Notes under the pieces: model-generated
The model's input: only the letters and a program-made list of their open reading frames with translations
The model's database searches: none
Told to the model about the DNA's origin: nothing
Made by a program: the position numbers and the translations under genes
Shown: piece after piece, positions 1-6,654 of the stretch
Layout: every line of letters begins with the position of its first letter
Position numbering within the stretch: the first letter of the stretch is position 1
Virus record (IMG/VR): IMGVR_UViG_3300037808_001410
Length of the DNA stretch: 50,228 nt
Reading direction: 5' to 3' (one strand)
Origin: a virus

Positions 1-127
1 GAAAATATCCGGTTTCTCACATACCCCACATAAGGCATAAAATAATGCCTCCCCCCATGCATCAGGGGGAGGCATATCAACCAATTAATATCCTAATGCA
101 CCCAACACATTGACCACCATCAGGAGA
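1..127. repeat. Terminal overlap of the contig (nt 1-127 = nt 50101-50227): closed circular or circularly permuted genome, unit length 50100 bp
   Basis: Read directly. gaaaatatccggtttctcac...ttgaccaccatcaggaga occurs at both ends. The size is typical of an assembler k-mer overlap, so it does not prove a physical terminal repeat. Confidence 0.9.
45..75 (-). terminator. Rho-independent terminator ending the leftward mini-operon 738->85
   Basis: Perfect 11-bp stem ATGCCTCCCCC (45-55) / GGGGGAGGCAT (65-75) with a 9-nt loop. On the minus strand it is followed by TATTTTAT. It lies 10 nt after the stop of CDS 85..354. Confidence 0.75.
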
Positions 128-354
128 AGGAGAATTGCAATGATGCCCACCAGGAAGGCCTCCACCCTTGTCAACATATGTTCCCCCTCATGGGTTCGGT
201 CTTCTATGTTCCGATCTTCTGCATTCTCCCCAGGTCCGAGGCCTGTATACCCAGACACAATCTCCCCACCCATGGATAGGGCATGGAGGCATTCATCTGA
301 ATCAGGAAGGGAGATGATGCAGGTCTCCCCCTCTTGTAGAATGATTTCTCTCAT
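85..354 (-). CDS. Hypothetical tail-anchored membrane protein (89 aa)
   Basis: ORF track. ATG at 354 is preceded by AGGAAA. The N-terminal part is acidic and there is one C-terminal hydrophobic helix (VEAFLVGIIAILLLLMVVNVLGALG). Hairpins bracket the gene. Confidence 0.6.
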   Translation of the reverse strand: MREIILQEGETCIISLPDSDECLHALSMGGEIVSGYTGLGPGENAEDRNIEDRTHEGEHMLTRVEAFLVGIIAILLLLMVVNVLGALGY

Positions 355-376
355 GGCATTTCCTTTCGAAAGAGAA

Positions 377-397
377 GGGGGGAGAAGGCCTCCCCCC
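377..397 (-). terminator. Intercistronic GC hairpin (attenuator or partial terminator)
   Basis: GGGGGGAG (377-384) / CTCCCCCC (390-397) form a perfect 8-bp stem with a 5-nt loop. The minus strand continues TTCTCTTTC. It lies between CDS 409..738 and CDS 85..354. Confidence 0.5.
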
Positions 398-408
398 TGG
401 TTGTGGTG

Positions 409-738
409 TTAGGCCTTGCCCTTTGTGGGGGAGATGAAGGTATCCCCCTCGACCTTGTAAACCTTGCCCTTGGCCAGATCGGCAACCGAAATGCCTAGGG
501 TCGAGGCAAGAAGAGGTGTGTTCTTCGAATCGGTCTTGGCCGAGATCAAGATGCCACCCTTGACAGATTTCCAGGAGACACCACAGGATCGGCCGGAGAT
601 GGACAGGGCACCCTTCTTTAGGGATGTCTTGTAGAGGGTCCTGGCCTTATCCATGACCAGGGTGACCCTTCTATCGGTCTTCCTGGCAACCCATGCCTTG
701 TTGATTTTGGTGCCTTTCTTGAGATTGTGCCTTTCCAT
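409..738 (-). CDS. Hypothetical basic protein (109 aa)
   Basis: ORF track 409..792. An internal ATG at 738 is preceded by GGAAAGAAGGAAAG. The protein is Lys/Arg-rich (MERHNLKKGTKINKAW...). Confidence 0.6.
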   Translation of the reverse strand: MERHNLKKGTKINKAWVARKTDRRVTLVMDKARTLYKTSLKKGALSISGRSCGVSWKSVKGGILISAKTDSKNTPLLASTLGISVADLAKGKVYKVEGDTFISPTKGKA

Positions 739-782
739 GTCTTTCCTTCTTTCCTTTGTAGGGGAGAATTCCCCATGCCCTA

Positions 783-811
783 AAGATACCAAACCTTGAC
801 AATGATATCAA
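783..811 (-). promoter_or_regulatory. Sigma70-like promoter for the 738->85 mini-operon
   Basis: Read on the minus strand: -35 TTGATA (811-806), 17-nt spacer, -10 TATCTT (788-783). It is about 45 nt upstream of ATG 738. An imperfect inverted repeat ATATCAA...TTGATAT (805-811 / 821-827) overlaps the -35 element. Confidence 0.45.
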
Positions 812-861
812 CACCTATCTTTGATATTCCTATTGAATCTTTATTTGGTTTTATTCATTTC

Positions 862-888
862 TGGCATGGACCATCAATTACCATGCCA
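862..888. other. Perfect 8-bp hairpin TGGCATGG / CCATGCCA with an 11-nt loop in a non-coding region
   Basis: Read directly (862-869 / 881-888). No U-tract follows on either strand, so it is not called a terminator. Confidence 0.6.
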
Positions 889-965
889 ACACCAAGCAGG
901 GAGATTCGGGTGAAATCCCCCAAAAGAACCTTTTGTAACAGGTACAGATCTTGAATCCGAACCCC

Positions 966-1192
966 ACTTCGCCTTGGGTGATATGACCCAACTTCGCCTA
1001 ACACCTATTCCTGGCTTCTTCTATTTAGTTGGTACATGGCTTTTACAATTTAGTTGGAACATGGCTGTTACAATTTGAACGGTCCTCAGCCGGTTTCCCG
1101 AGAACTTCGCCTGGTAGGTCACCGGCCCGAAACGGACTAGTCATCGTCATCTCAAGAGACTAGGGGAGGACTTCGCCCCGAAACGGACTAGT
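966..1192 (+). repeat. Dispersed direct repeats: ACTTCGCC x4 (966, 991, 1104, 1170) and the 16-mer CCCGAAACGGACTAGT x2 (1126, 1177)
   Basis: Read directly. The first two 8-mers are 25 bp apart and the 16-mers are 51 bp apart. The palindrome GACTAGTC sits at 1136-1143. No credible ORF covers the tract. Confidence 0.8.
1023..1076 (+). repeat. 25-bp tandem repeat x2.2 (ATTTAGTTGGTACATGGCTTTTACA / ATTTAGTTGGAACATGGCTGTTACA / ATTT)
   Basis: Units at 1023-1047 and 1048-1072 differ at 2 positions. A partial third unit follows. Confidence 0.85.
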
Positions 1193-1389
1193 GCCTACCC
1201 AGGTTGATGCTCAGTGTGTACCCGCCTACAACTAACGGACTGGAGCTAGGGGTCTTAGACTGAGGTCTCCTCGCCCAGATGAAAGTTAACAGGCCAGTCA
1301 TGGCGACTACCCCTTTTTCCGTCTTCTCCACCACACATCTCCGTCCTCTCTCTCCCTCTTTCGTCAGGTTGGGGAGACACTGTTCCATA

Positions 1390-1418
1390 TGGTACACCCC
1401 TGTACCGTTTGGTACACC
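1390..1418 (+). repeat. TGGTACACC x2 (1390, 1410) flanking the palindrome GGTACAccccTGTACC (1391-1406)
   Basis: Read directly. The same TGGTACA core also occurs inside the 25-bp repeat at 1030-1036. Confidence 0.7.
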
Positions 1419-1465
1419 TCGTCGGATATGGCGACCGAATCTGAGCCTGGGACGATCTATCCTCA

Positions 1466-1495
1466 TTGAAGGCACTAGGTTGACGGTGATATCCT
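1466..1495 (+). promoter_or_regulatory. Candidate sigma70-like promoter of the rightward 1514-3523 operon
   Basis: -35 TTGAAG (1466-1471), 18-nt spacer, -10 TATCCT (1490-1495). The architecture matches the candidate promoter at 4518-4547. Confidence 0.4.
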
Positions 1496-1513
1496 TATCA
1501 GGAGAGGAGGCCA

Positions 1514-1846
1514 ATGACGGTCCTCCCTCGGAAAGGCGAAATCATGTATAAAGGCGAGGTTCACACCAGGATGGTCGAGGTCCTTGGCGAAGGTTGGGGA
1601 GACAGGCTGACCTGGACCCTGGACCAGGAGAGGACGGCGGCTTACCTGACCGGGATGATGGAATCTTGGCTATGGCCACCCACAGATGACACCGAGCTAA
1701 GGTGGGACAAGATAGGCCAAGCCATTGAACATGAGCTAAGGGGTCTTGAGACAACCGACGACCCCCAATACCACCTTGGCTTTGGCGAGGCCACCATGAG
1801 ATGGGCCATAGAACGGTTCTACCTCCTCCTGGTCGATATGACTTAG
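1514..1846 (+). CDS. Hypothetical protein (110 aa; possibly 100 aa from ATG 1544)
   Basis: ORF track. ATG 1514 lies 3 nt after GGAGAGGAGG. The alternative ATG 1544 follows GAAAGG. It is the first gene of a tightly packed rightward operon. Confidence 0.6.
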   Translation: MTVLPRKGEIMYKGEVHTRMVEVLGEGWGDRLTWTLDQERTAAYLTGMMESWLWPPTDDTELRWDKIGQAIEHELRGLETTDDPQYHLGFGEATMRWAIERFYLLLVDMT

Positions 1847-1978
1847 GGGGCCTCCAGGGGCACTACCCTTTCCCTGGATAGGCTATCTTATGTCATTGCA
1901 CCGACTTTCAGTCGATTGGTATCTTCAATATGAGGGCAGGGAACCGACTCCCGCCCCAAAACCCAAAGGAACCAAGCC

Positions 1979-2293
1979 ATGAAAATCGACAGAGACAACG
2001 GCACCAAGATCCAGGAGGTCAAGCTTGAGGACGGGGAGGAGATCTTCGTCTCCGGTCCCCATGGTGGGTCCGTCTTGATAACGGCCTGCATGATCCCTGG
2101 GTGTGGCGAGACCACCCAAGTCATTGTCCATGCCATGAGAGACGATATGGACATCGAGGTTGACGAGGAAGGCCTCATCAGCCGACCCGGGCACACCGTC
2201 CTCTTCTCCGATGGAGGGACCGTCAAGGAAGTCAAGAACAGGGACCTGATGACTGAGAAACAGATCGAGAACGAGGACCTGAAGGAAGCCTAG
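1979..2293 (+). CDS. Hypothetical acidic protein (104 aa)
   Basis: ORF track. AAGGAA lies upstream of ATG 1979. The protein is acidic with no recognisable motif. Confidence 0.6.
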   Translation: MKIDRDNGTKIQEVKLEDGEEIFVSGPHGGSVLITACMIPGCGETTQVIVHAMRDDMDIEVDEEGLISRPGHTVLFSDGGTVKEVKNRDLMTEKQIENEDLKEA

Positions 2294-2324
2294 AACAGAG
2301 ACGCCAAAAGGAAGGAAGTCAGAG

Positions 2325-2600
2325 ATGACAGAAGCCAAAGACAGGACCGTGTTGATCGAGGGAGGGGAGACCGTCACCCTGGCCCTGGTTGACAACGAAG
2401 GGACCCACAGACTGGTGGTCGATATCCAGGGAGCCTTCCTGGGAAGCCAGGATGCATGGAAGTTCGGAACCCTCAAGATGAACGCCTACATGGACGATGG
2501 CCACCCCAACACCGATTTCGTCACAACACATGCCGGTCGCCGGACCCATGCCACCACCGTGTTTGCCCACAGTCACCTGGAGGACAACGATGATGCATGA
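2325..2600 (+). CDS. Hypothetical protein (91 aa)
   Basis: ORF track. GGAAGGAAG lies upstream of ATG 2325. Confidence 0.6.
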   Translation: MTEAKDRTVLIEGGETVTLALVDNEGTHRLVVDIQGAFLGSQDAWKFGTLKMNAYMDDGHPNTDFVTTHAGRRTHATTVFAHSHLEDNDDA

Positions 2601-2799
2601 AACCGAGTCCTTCATCACCGAACACCTGACTGCCCCCCGTGGGGCACAGGTGACCGTGGCCTATGTGATCGACGGAGATCATCAGGTCGCCCATTGCCGT
2701 GGAGATGAGACAGAGGACTTCATCCGGGAAGGGTATGAGAACTACCCCTCCTTCGAACTCACCGAGATCCTACCCTACGACCCCTACCGTGAGGTGTGA
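2590..2799 (+). CDS. Hypothetical protein (69 aa)
   Basis: ORF track 2497..2799. ATGATG at 2590 overlaps the previous stop by 11 nt. The upstream part of the listed ORF is Pro-rich and looks spurious. Confidence 0.5.
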   Translation: MMHETESFITEHLTAPRGAQVTVAYVIDGDHQVAHCRGDETEDFIREGYENYPSFELTEILPYDPYREV

Positions 2800-2802
2800 A
2801 GC

Positions 2803-3105
2803 ATGGAAGATCCAGGATACGAACAGGAAGCCATCGAACAGGAACGGTGGGACGCCGACATGGAACAGGCCGAGTGGCAGGCCCTCGGGCGTGAACATGG
2901 CCACCGACTGGACCGGACCCGGGCTGCCATGAAGGCCGACGATTGGGCCAAGGCAGCCGAGATCTGTGACCACGGATGGTCGGGCCTCGCCCCCGATGGG
3001 GGGCAGCGGGTCTGTTACCACTGTGGCAGCCGGATCGATGACCAGTACCCACCGAACACCGTCGAGGCCGGGGCCTTCCCCGGTGAAGTCGAATGGGAGA
3101 GGTAG
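2803..3105 (+). CDS. Hypothetical acidic protein (100 aa)
   Basis: ORF track. GAGGTG lies 5 nt upstream of ATG 2803, which is 4 nt after the previous stop. Confidence 0.6.
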   Translation: MEDPGYEQEAIEQERWDADMEQAEWQALGREHGHRLDRTRAAMKADDWAKAAEICDHGWSGLAPDGGQRVCYHCGSRIDDQYPPNTVEAGAFPGEVEWER

Positions 3106-3107
3106 CC

Positions 3108-3326
3108 ATGGAACAGCCCAAGAGGACGCCCGTCAGGAAGACTACCATCTCCTGGATGACACTGGTCGAGGCCATAGGACGAACCGAACAGGCCCGACTG
3201 CAAATCGAACACAGGATGGCCGCGCCAGTGTGCCACCTGACCGGACGGGTCCTCACCGAGGACGACATGGCCAGGAAGGCTGAAGTCCTCCAGATGATGG
3301 CCTCAGTGATGAAGGGAGGTGAGTGA
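3108..3326 (+). CDS. Hypothetical protein (72 aa)
   Basis: ORF track 3093..3326. ATG 3108 lies 3 nt after the previous stop (TAG 3103-3105). Confidence 0.55.
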   Translation: MEQPKRTPVRKTTISWMTLVEAIGRTEQARLQIEHRMAAPVCHLTGRVLTEDDMARKAEVLQMMASVMKGGE

Positions 3327-3523
3327 TGAAGATCACCGTTGACCTGCCCGAAGGGGAGATCGTGAAATATCAGTTCAACCTGCCCGATGGGACGAGGTTC
3401 TACCTGACCTTTGACGAAGACTCTGTGCCCTCAGTGGCAGGGTCGGAAGAGTTCGATGAACCTGTGACCAGTAACCTGGGAGCCAACTGCATACCAGTGT
3501 CCTACTTCCCTCGATACAAGTAG
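3326..3523 (+). CDS. Hypothetical acidic protein (65 aa)
   Basis: ORF track 3323..3523. ATG 3326 overlaps the previous stop (TGATG) and GGGAGGTGAG lies upstream. Confidence 0.55.
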   Translation: MKITVDLPEGEIVKYQFNLPDGTRFYLTFDEDSVPSVAGSEEFDEPVTSNLGANCIPVSYFPRYK

Positions 3524-3532
3524 ATAGCAAGA

Positions 3533-3565
3533 GAGAGGCCCGGGGAGTGTGAACCCGGGCCTCTC
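3533..3565. terminator. Bidirectional hairpin between convergent genes
   Basis: Perfect 12-bp stem GAGAGGCCCGGG (3533-3544) / CCCGGGCCTCTC (3554-3565) with a 9-nt loop. It lies between the stop of + CDS 3326..3523 and the stop of - CDS 3599..3922. U-tracts are weak. Confidence 0.65.
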
Positions 3566-3598
3566 ATTGCTCCTCCCAGACACTCTGCCCAGGACTGA

Positions 3599-3922
3599 CT
3601 ACCGCGCTGTGGTAACTCGGAGCAATTCCTCGCGACATTCCCTCAGTGTCTTGGGGGTCCAGTGCAGGTCCCGTTCAATGCCCAGGCCAAACCGTCCCTT
3701 GAACCCCTCAAGCTCCTGGAGGGAGAAGTACCCAAGCTCGGTCTCAAGGATGTGGGCCAGTCCGAAGAACTGCCCACTCTCCAGGTCGAACTCCGTGGCA
3801 TACCATGTGCCGGAACCAGCCGGATTGAAGAACTTCACCCGAGCGATTGCCTCATCACCGTCACCGTCGGTCGATCCGAGGGCAGGCAGAGACTGGATGA
3901 TCTCCTTGGTCAGTAACTTCAT
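3599..3922 (-). CDS. DUF2958-like protein (107 aa)
   Basis: ORF track 3599..4114. ATG 3922 follows GGAAGG. The pattern ARVKFFNPAGSGTWYATEFD...FFGLAHILETELGYFSLQEL...ERDLHWTPKTL matches my recollection of the DUF2958 family, which is common in plasmid and ICE leading regions. Confidence 0.65.
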   Translation of the reverse strand: MKLLTKEIIQSLPALGSTDGDGDEAIARVKFFNPAGSGTWYATEFDLESGQFFGLAHILETELGYFSLQELEGFKGRFGLGIERDLHWTPKTLRECREELLRVTTAR

Positions 3923-3983
3923 GGTCAATCCTTCCGTGAAAGAAAAGGGGGCCAGCCCGAAGGCCAGCCCCCCACCACCACCC

Positions 3984-4322
3984 CTACTGACCACCAAGGC
4001 TCTTAAGGAGTCCACCGAGATCCAGGCCAGCGAGAGGGCTCTCCTCACCACCGATGGCATCGTGGATGACCCTGCTCTTGGCGTCAGGGTCCCAATCGAA
4101 GAAGTCCTGTTCACTGGGGCAGGTGTTGTGCATCACCGTGGCCAGATTGTCCATGGGCGACCGCCTCAGGTTGGCGACACCAGGGTTGATCGAGGTGTCG
4201 GCGGTGACAGCCAGACCGATGTCGGTCATCGTGATGTTGCAGACAACCTCGCCGTCCCGGGTGATCTCCATCTGATCGCCAACCTCCAAGTCCAGGCCCT
4301 CGATCTTGCGAATGTCGTTCAT
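3984..4322 (-). CDS. Hypothetical protein (112 aa)
   Basis: ORF track 3984..4379. ATG 4322 is preceded by GGAGGAAAGAG. Confidence 0.6.
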   Translation of the reverse strand: MNDIRKIEGLDLEVGDQMEITRDGEVVCNITMTDIGLAVTADTSINPGVANLRRSPMDNLATVMHNTCPSEQDFFDWDPDAKSRVIHDAIGGEESPLAGLDLGGLLKSLGGQ

Positions 4323-4517
4323 CTCTTTCCTCCAGTGTATCGATTCAGGTTCCGTCGGGTGGTTACATGGAAGTACCACAGGGCTGTCACCTTATTCAAT
4401 GTTACTTTGAAGATGTTCATCCGAGTGTTCTCCTTCCATCTAAGAGAATGATACCATGGGGGCTGTCGTCGATGCAATGGAAACCGGTAGTGGGCAAGGC
4501 CATGCGACCTTATGCCA

Positions 4518-4547
4518 TTGAAGAGTCATCAGTAGGTGTTCTATTAT
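4518..4547 (+). promoter_or_regulatory. Candidate sigma70-like promoter of the RadC-like operon
   Basis: -35 TTGAAG (4518-4523), 18-nt spacer, -10 TATTAT (4542-4547). It is 33 nt upstream of ATG 4580. Confidence 0.5.
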
Positions 4548-4579
4548 ATAGGCACAGATCGACACCCTACTGGAGGTAA

Positions 4580-5011
4580 ATGATGAAAGTAACATGTATG
4601 CTGGTGAGGGAGGAGACGGGCTCCTATCCGACCAACATCAGCGGCCCTGTCACTGTCGCCCGTTGGTTCAAGGAGGAGTACGGTGACCCAGTGCAGGAGC
4701 ATCTGGTAGCCGTGTTCTTCGACACCAAGCACCAGCTTATAGACCACATGACTCTTGGAGTCGGGACCATGGACCAGTGCATCGCCAATCCACGGGATGT
4801 CCTGAGGGCAGCCCTCCTTGTTCCGGCTGCCACCTTCGTACTGCTCCACAACCACCCGTCCGGGATGGTGTATCCGTCCCCCGAGGATCGAGACATGACC
4901 CGTCGGTTCTCCGGTGCAGCCAAGATTGTCGGAATCCCGCTCCTGGACCACCTGATCGTGGGGCATGACAAATGGTACTCCATGGAGCTTGAGGAGGGAG
5001 GTGAACTGTGA
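4580..5011 (+). CDS. radC: RadC-like JAB/MPN-domain protein (143 aa)
   Basis: ORF track. GGAGG lies upstream. The JAMM-type motif LLHNHPSGMVYPSPEDRDMT and the overall RadC C-terminal domain pattern are present. Confidence 0.85.
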   Translation: MMKVTCMLVREETGSYPTNISGPVTVARWFKEEYGDPVQEHLVAVFFDTKHQLIDHMTLGVGTMDQCIANPRDVLRAALLVPAATFVLLHNHPSGMVYPSPEDRDMTRRFSGAAKIVGIPLLDHLIVGHDKWYSMELEEGGEL

Positions 5012-5184
5012 AGAAATCGGAACGGATCTACGAGATCCTCCAGGAAGTCGAGGCCATGGATGATGAGTGCCAAAGTGAACACCCCAAGGCCTACGACAAG
5101 GAGCGCGGCATCGGTTGGACATTCAGTCGGTGTGCCGAGGAACTCTCTGGACTGATCAACGACCTGGAGGCCCTCGATGAGTAG
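5008..5184 (+). CDS. Small hypothetical protein (58 aa, below the ORF-track cutoff)
   Basis: My own translation. GTG 5008 overlaps the radC-like stop (GTGA) and follows GAGGAGGGAGG. The frame stays open to TAG 5182-5184 (VKKSERIYEILQEVEAMDDECQSEH...LEALDE). Confidence 0.45.
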   Translation: MKKSERIYEILQEVEAMDDECQSEHPKAYDKERGIGWTFSRCAEELSGLINDLEALDE

Positions 5185-5344
5185 GACAAAGGTCTGGTGT
5201 GGCAAGTGCCGCGACTGGCGGTTCTGCACTGACATCGAGAACATCGAATATTACGAGGGCTTCGAAGGAGACATGGGCAGCTTCAAGTGCCCAATCTGCG
5301 AGGAGTGGAGAGTCTCCAAGGTCAGGGTTGACACTACCGAATAG
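5177..5344 (+). CDS. Small zinc-ribbon protein (55 aa, below the ORF-track cutoff)
   Basis: My own translation. ATG 5177 overlaps the previous stop (ATGAGTAG). The sequence is MSRTKVWCGKCRDWRFC...FKCPICEEWRVSKVRVDTTE, with CxxC...CxxC pairs. The stop is TAG 5342-5344. Confidence 0.5.
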   Translation: MSRTKVWCGKCRDWRFCTDIENIEYYEGFEGDMGSFKCPICEEWRVSKVRVDTTE

Positions 5345-5357
5345 AGCCCAGTTGGGG

Positions 5358-5387
5358 TTGATCGGGCGGTCAGTTATGCGGTATAAT
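5358..5387 (+). promoter_or_regulatory. Strong sigma70-like promoter of the H1-like gene
   Basis: -35 TTGATC (5358-5363), 18-nt spacer, consensus -10 TATAAT (5382-5387). It is 55 nt upstream of ATG 5443. Confidence 0.6.
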
Positions 5388-5442
5388 GTGTGTAGAGACA
5401 GGGCCATAACGGTCCCCATACAAACCAACAAGGAAGGCGAAC

Positions 5443-5880
5443 ATGAACACCTCCACTGGGACCAGCAAATCGGTCCCCAAGAAGACGGTCAAGAAGGCTG
5501 TCAAGAAAGTGGCCAAGAAGGCAGTGGCCAAGAAGGTCACCGTCAAGAGGGTCATCGACCCGAAGGCAGCCACCAACGTGGCAATCCCTGACCGTCACCA
5601 GAATGGCACCGTCGAGGGGTTGGACCTCGGCAGTGATCGTAAGATCTACCTGACTTCCAACAAGGAGAGGGACGATGGGTCCAGGTCGGCAGCCATCAAC
5701 CTCGGTGGAGTCACCATCTCTGGCAAGGCCAAGTCGGTCAGGGGCAAGTGGATCTTCACGAAGAACAAGGAACTGTCCCCGAAGGCCTCCACGGCCTGGG
5801 ACGAGAGGGTCAAGAAGCTGAAGGATGCCAAGACCAAGGCGAAGAAGGCCGCTGGGGGATCGGTAGGCAAGTCCAAATAG
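5443..5880 (+). CDS. Histone-H1-like lysine/alanine-rich DNA-binding protein (145 aa)
   Basis: ORF track. AAGGAAGG lies upstream. The N-terminus KKTVKKAVKKVAKKAVAKKVTVKR and the C-terminus KKLKDAKTKAKKAAGG are low-complexity KA-rich tails around a central domain. Confidence 0.75.
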   Translation: MNTSTGTSKSVPKKTVKKAVKKVAKKAVAKKVTVKRVIDPKAATNVAIPDRHQNGTVEGLDLGSDRKIYLTSNKERDDGSRSAAINLGGVTISGKAKSVRGKWIFTKNKELSPKASTAWDERVKKLKDAKTKAKKAAGGSVGKSK

Positions 5881-5896
5881 TCCTCCACCTTTGGGT

Positions 5897-5927
5897 GCCG
5901 GGGTCCAGTCGGGCCTCGGCATTTTTT
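5897..5927 (+). terminator. Rho-independent terminator of the H1-like gene
   Basis: 10-bp stem GCCGGGGTCC (5897-5906) / GGGCCTCGGC (5911-5920) with two G-U pairs and a 4-nt loop, followed by TTTTTT (5922-5927). Confidence 0.8.
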
Positions 5928-6107
5928 GGCTCCATACCCCCCAAAGTCTCCACCTGGGCCAGGAGATCCCCGGAAACTGTCATATCAAGGCCCCCAGATG
6001 GCCCAGGAGGGCCGTCGAGGGGCAAAGGTGGGCCGATGGGCCACCTACCTCCTGCTGGCCGCACAGGGCCTCTCAGGGCCTCTGGTGGTAGTGTGGCGGG
6101 AGAGCCC

Positions 6108-6141
6108 AAAAAAAGGACCCCAGCCGGTCTGGCCAGGGTCC
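6108..6141 (-). terminator. Rho-independent terminator ending the early leftward operon
   Basis: The minus strand reads GGACCCTGGCC-AGACC-GGCTGGGGTCC (11-bp stem including 2 G-U pairs, 6115-6141) followed by TTTTTTT (6114-6108). It is 30 nt after the stop of CDS 6172..6405. Confidence 0.8.
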
Positions 6142-6171
6142 CCCGTCATAGAGAGGAAAGGCAGTAACCCC

Positions 6172-6405
6172 CTACGACTTCTCTTCGTCCTCCACAAAGG
6201 CTTTCTCGGCAGCAAGGAGGGCCAACTGAACACGACTCTTGTACCTCATCAAGGCGTCAAGGGTATGTTCGTCCAATGCGATCCGGCAGATGTCGGACTG
6301 TGAATGGCACCCGGGCTGGCCCCTCAAGTCCAACAGGATCTGGTAGCCGTCGAAGGAGGCATAGACGCCATCCCCGAGATAATCGTCTTCGATGATCTTA
6401 GGCAC
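6172..6405 (-). CDS. Hypothetical protein (77 aa)
   Basis: ORF track. GTG start at 6405 follows GAGGGGGG and overlaps the upstream stop by 8 nt. Confidence 0.55.
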   Translation of the reverse strand: MPKIIEDDYLGDGVYASFDGYQILLDLRGQPGCHSQSDICRIALDEHTLDALMRYKSRVQLALLAAEKAFVEDEEKS

Positions 6406-6571
6406 TCTCAGCCCCCCTCTCGATCCACCAGATCGTGATCTCTCTGGCTTCGGCCTTCGTCAGGCCCGGGTGGTCCCTGAGTAGGTACCTGTCAGCGCCG
6501 AACATGTTCGTCTTCCCGCTGTCCCTCAACTTGGTCATGTACTCCCGGTAGTCCTCGAAATTGATCTTCAT
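6398..6571 (-). CDS. Small hypothetical protein (57 aa)
   Basis: ORF track 6398..6718. ATG 6571 has a strong AGGAGG 5 nt upstream (MKINFEDYREYMTKLRDSGKTNMFGADRYL...). Confidence 0.55.
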   Translation of the reverse strand: MKINFEDYREYMTKLRDSGKTNMFGADRYLLRDHPGLTKAEAREITIWWIERGAESA

Positions 6572-6654
6572 CGTTTCCTCCTGTTTCAGTATCTCGTCCT
6601 GATATGAACCCATGTCTTTCAGTTCCCTCAGGGCCTCCCGTTCCCGACGAGGCA

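Noticed and set aside
1-127. End duplication as a genuine T7-like direct terminal repeat
   Set aside because: The length equals a typical assembler k-mer overlap, and the boundary coincides with an internal tandem repeat. It is treated as a circularisation artefact unless terminus mapping says otherwise.
1188-1551. ORFs 1188..1514 (-) and 1279..1551 (+) in the repeat-rich region
   Set aside because: The translations are Pro/Arg/Ser-rich with no SD. They mutually overlap on opposite strands and cross the repeat families. The region reads better as non-coding.
3549-4451. 300-aa + strand ORF spanning the hairpin at 3533-3565 and both leftward genes
   Set aside because: It begins at 3549, inside the 3533-3565 hairpin, and is antisense to the DUF2958-like gene. 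The composition is Ser/Pro/Arg-rich. The minus-strand ORFs have SDs and a recognisable family pattern.
4544-5244. Minus-strand ORFs 4544..5122 and 4624..5244 opposite the RadC-like gene
   Set aside because: They are antisense to a gene with an unmistakable JAB motif and are Pro/Arg/Gly-rich shadow frames.
5374-5922. 182-aa minus-strand ORF opposite the H1-like gene
   Set aside because: The + strand gene has a consensus promoter, SD and terminator. The minus frame is Leu/Gly/Pro/Arg-rich.
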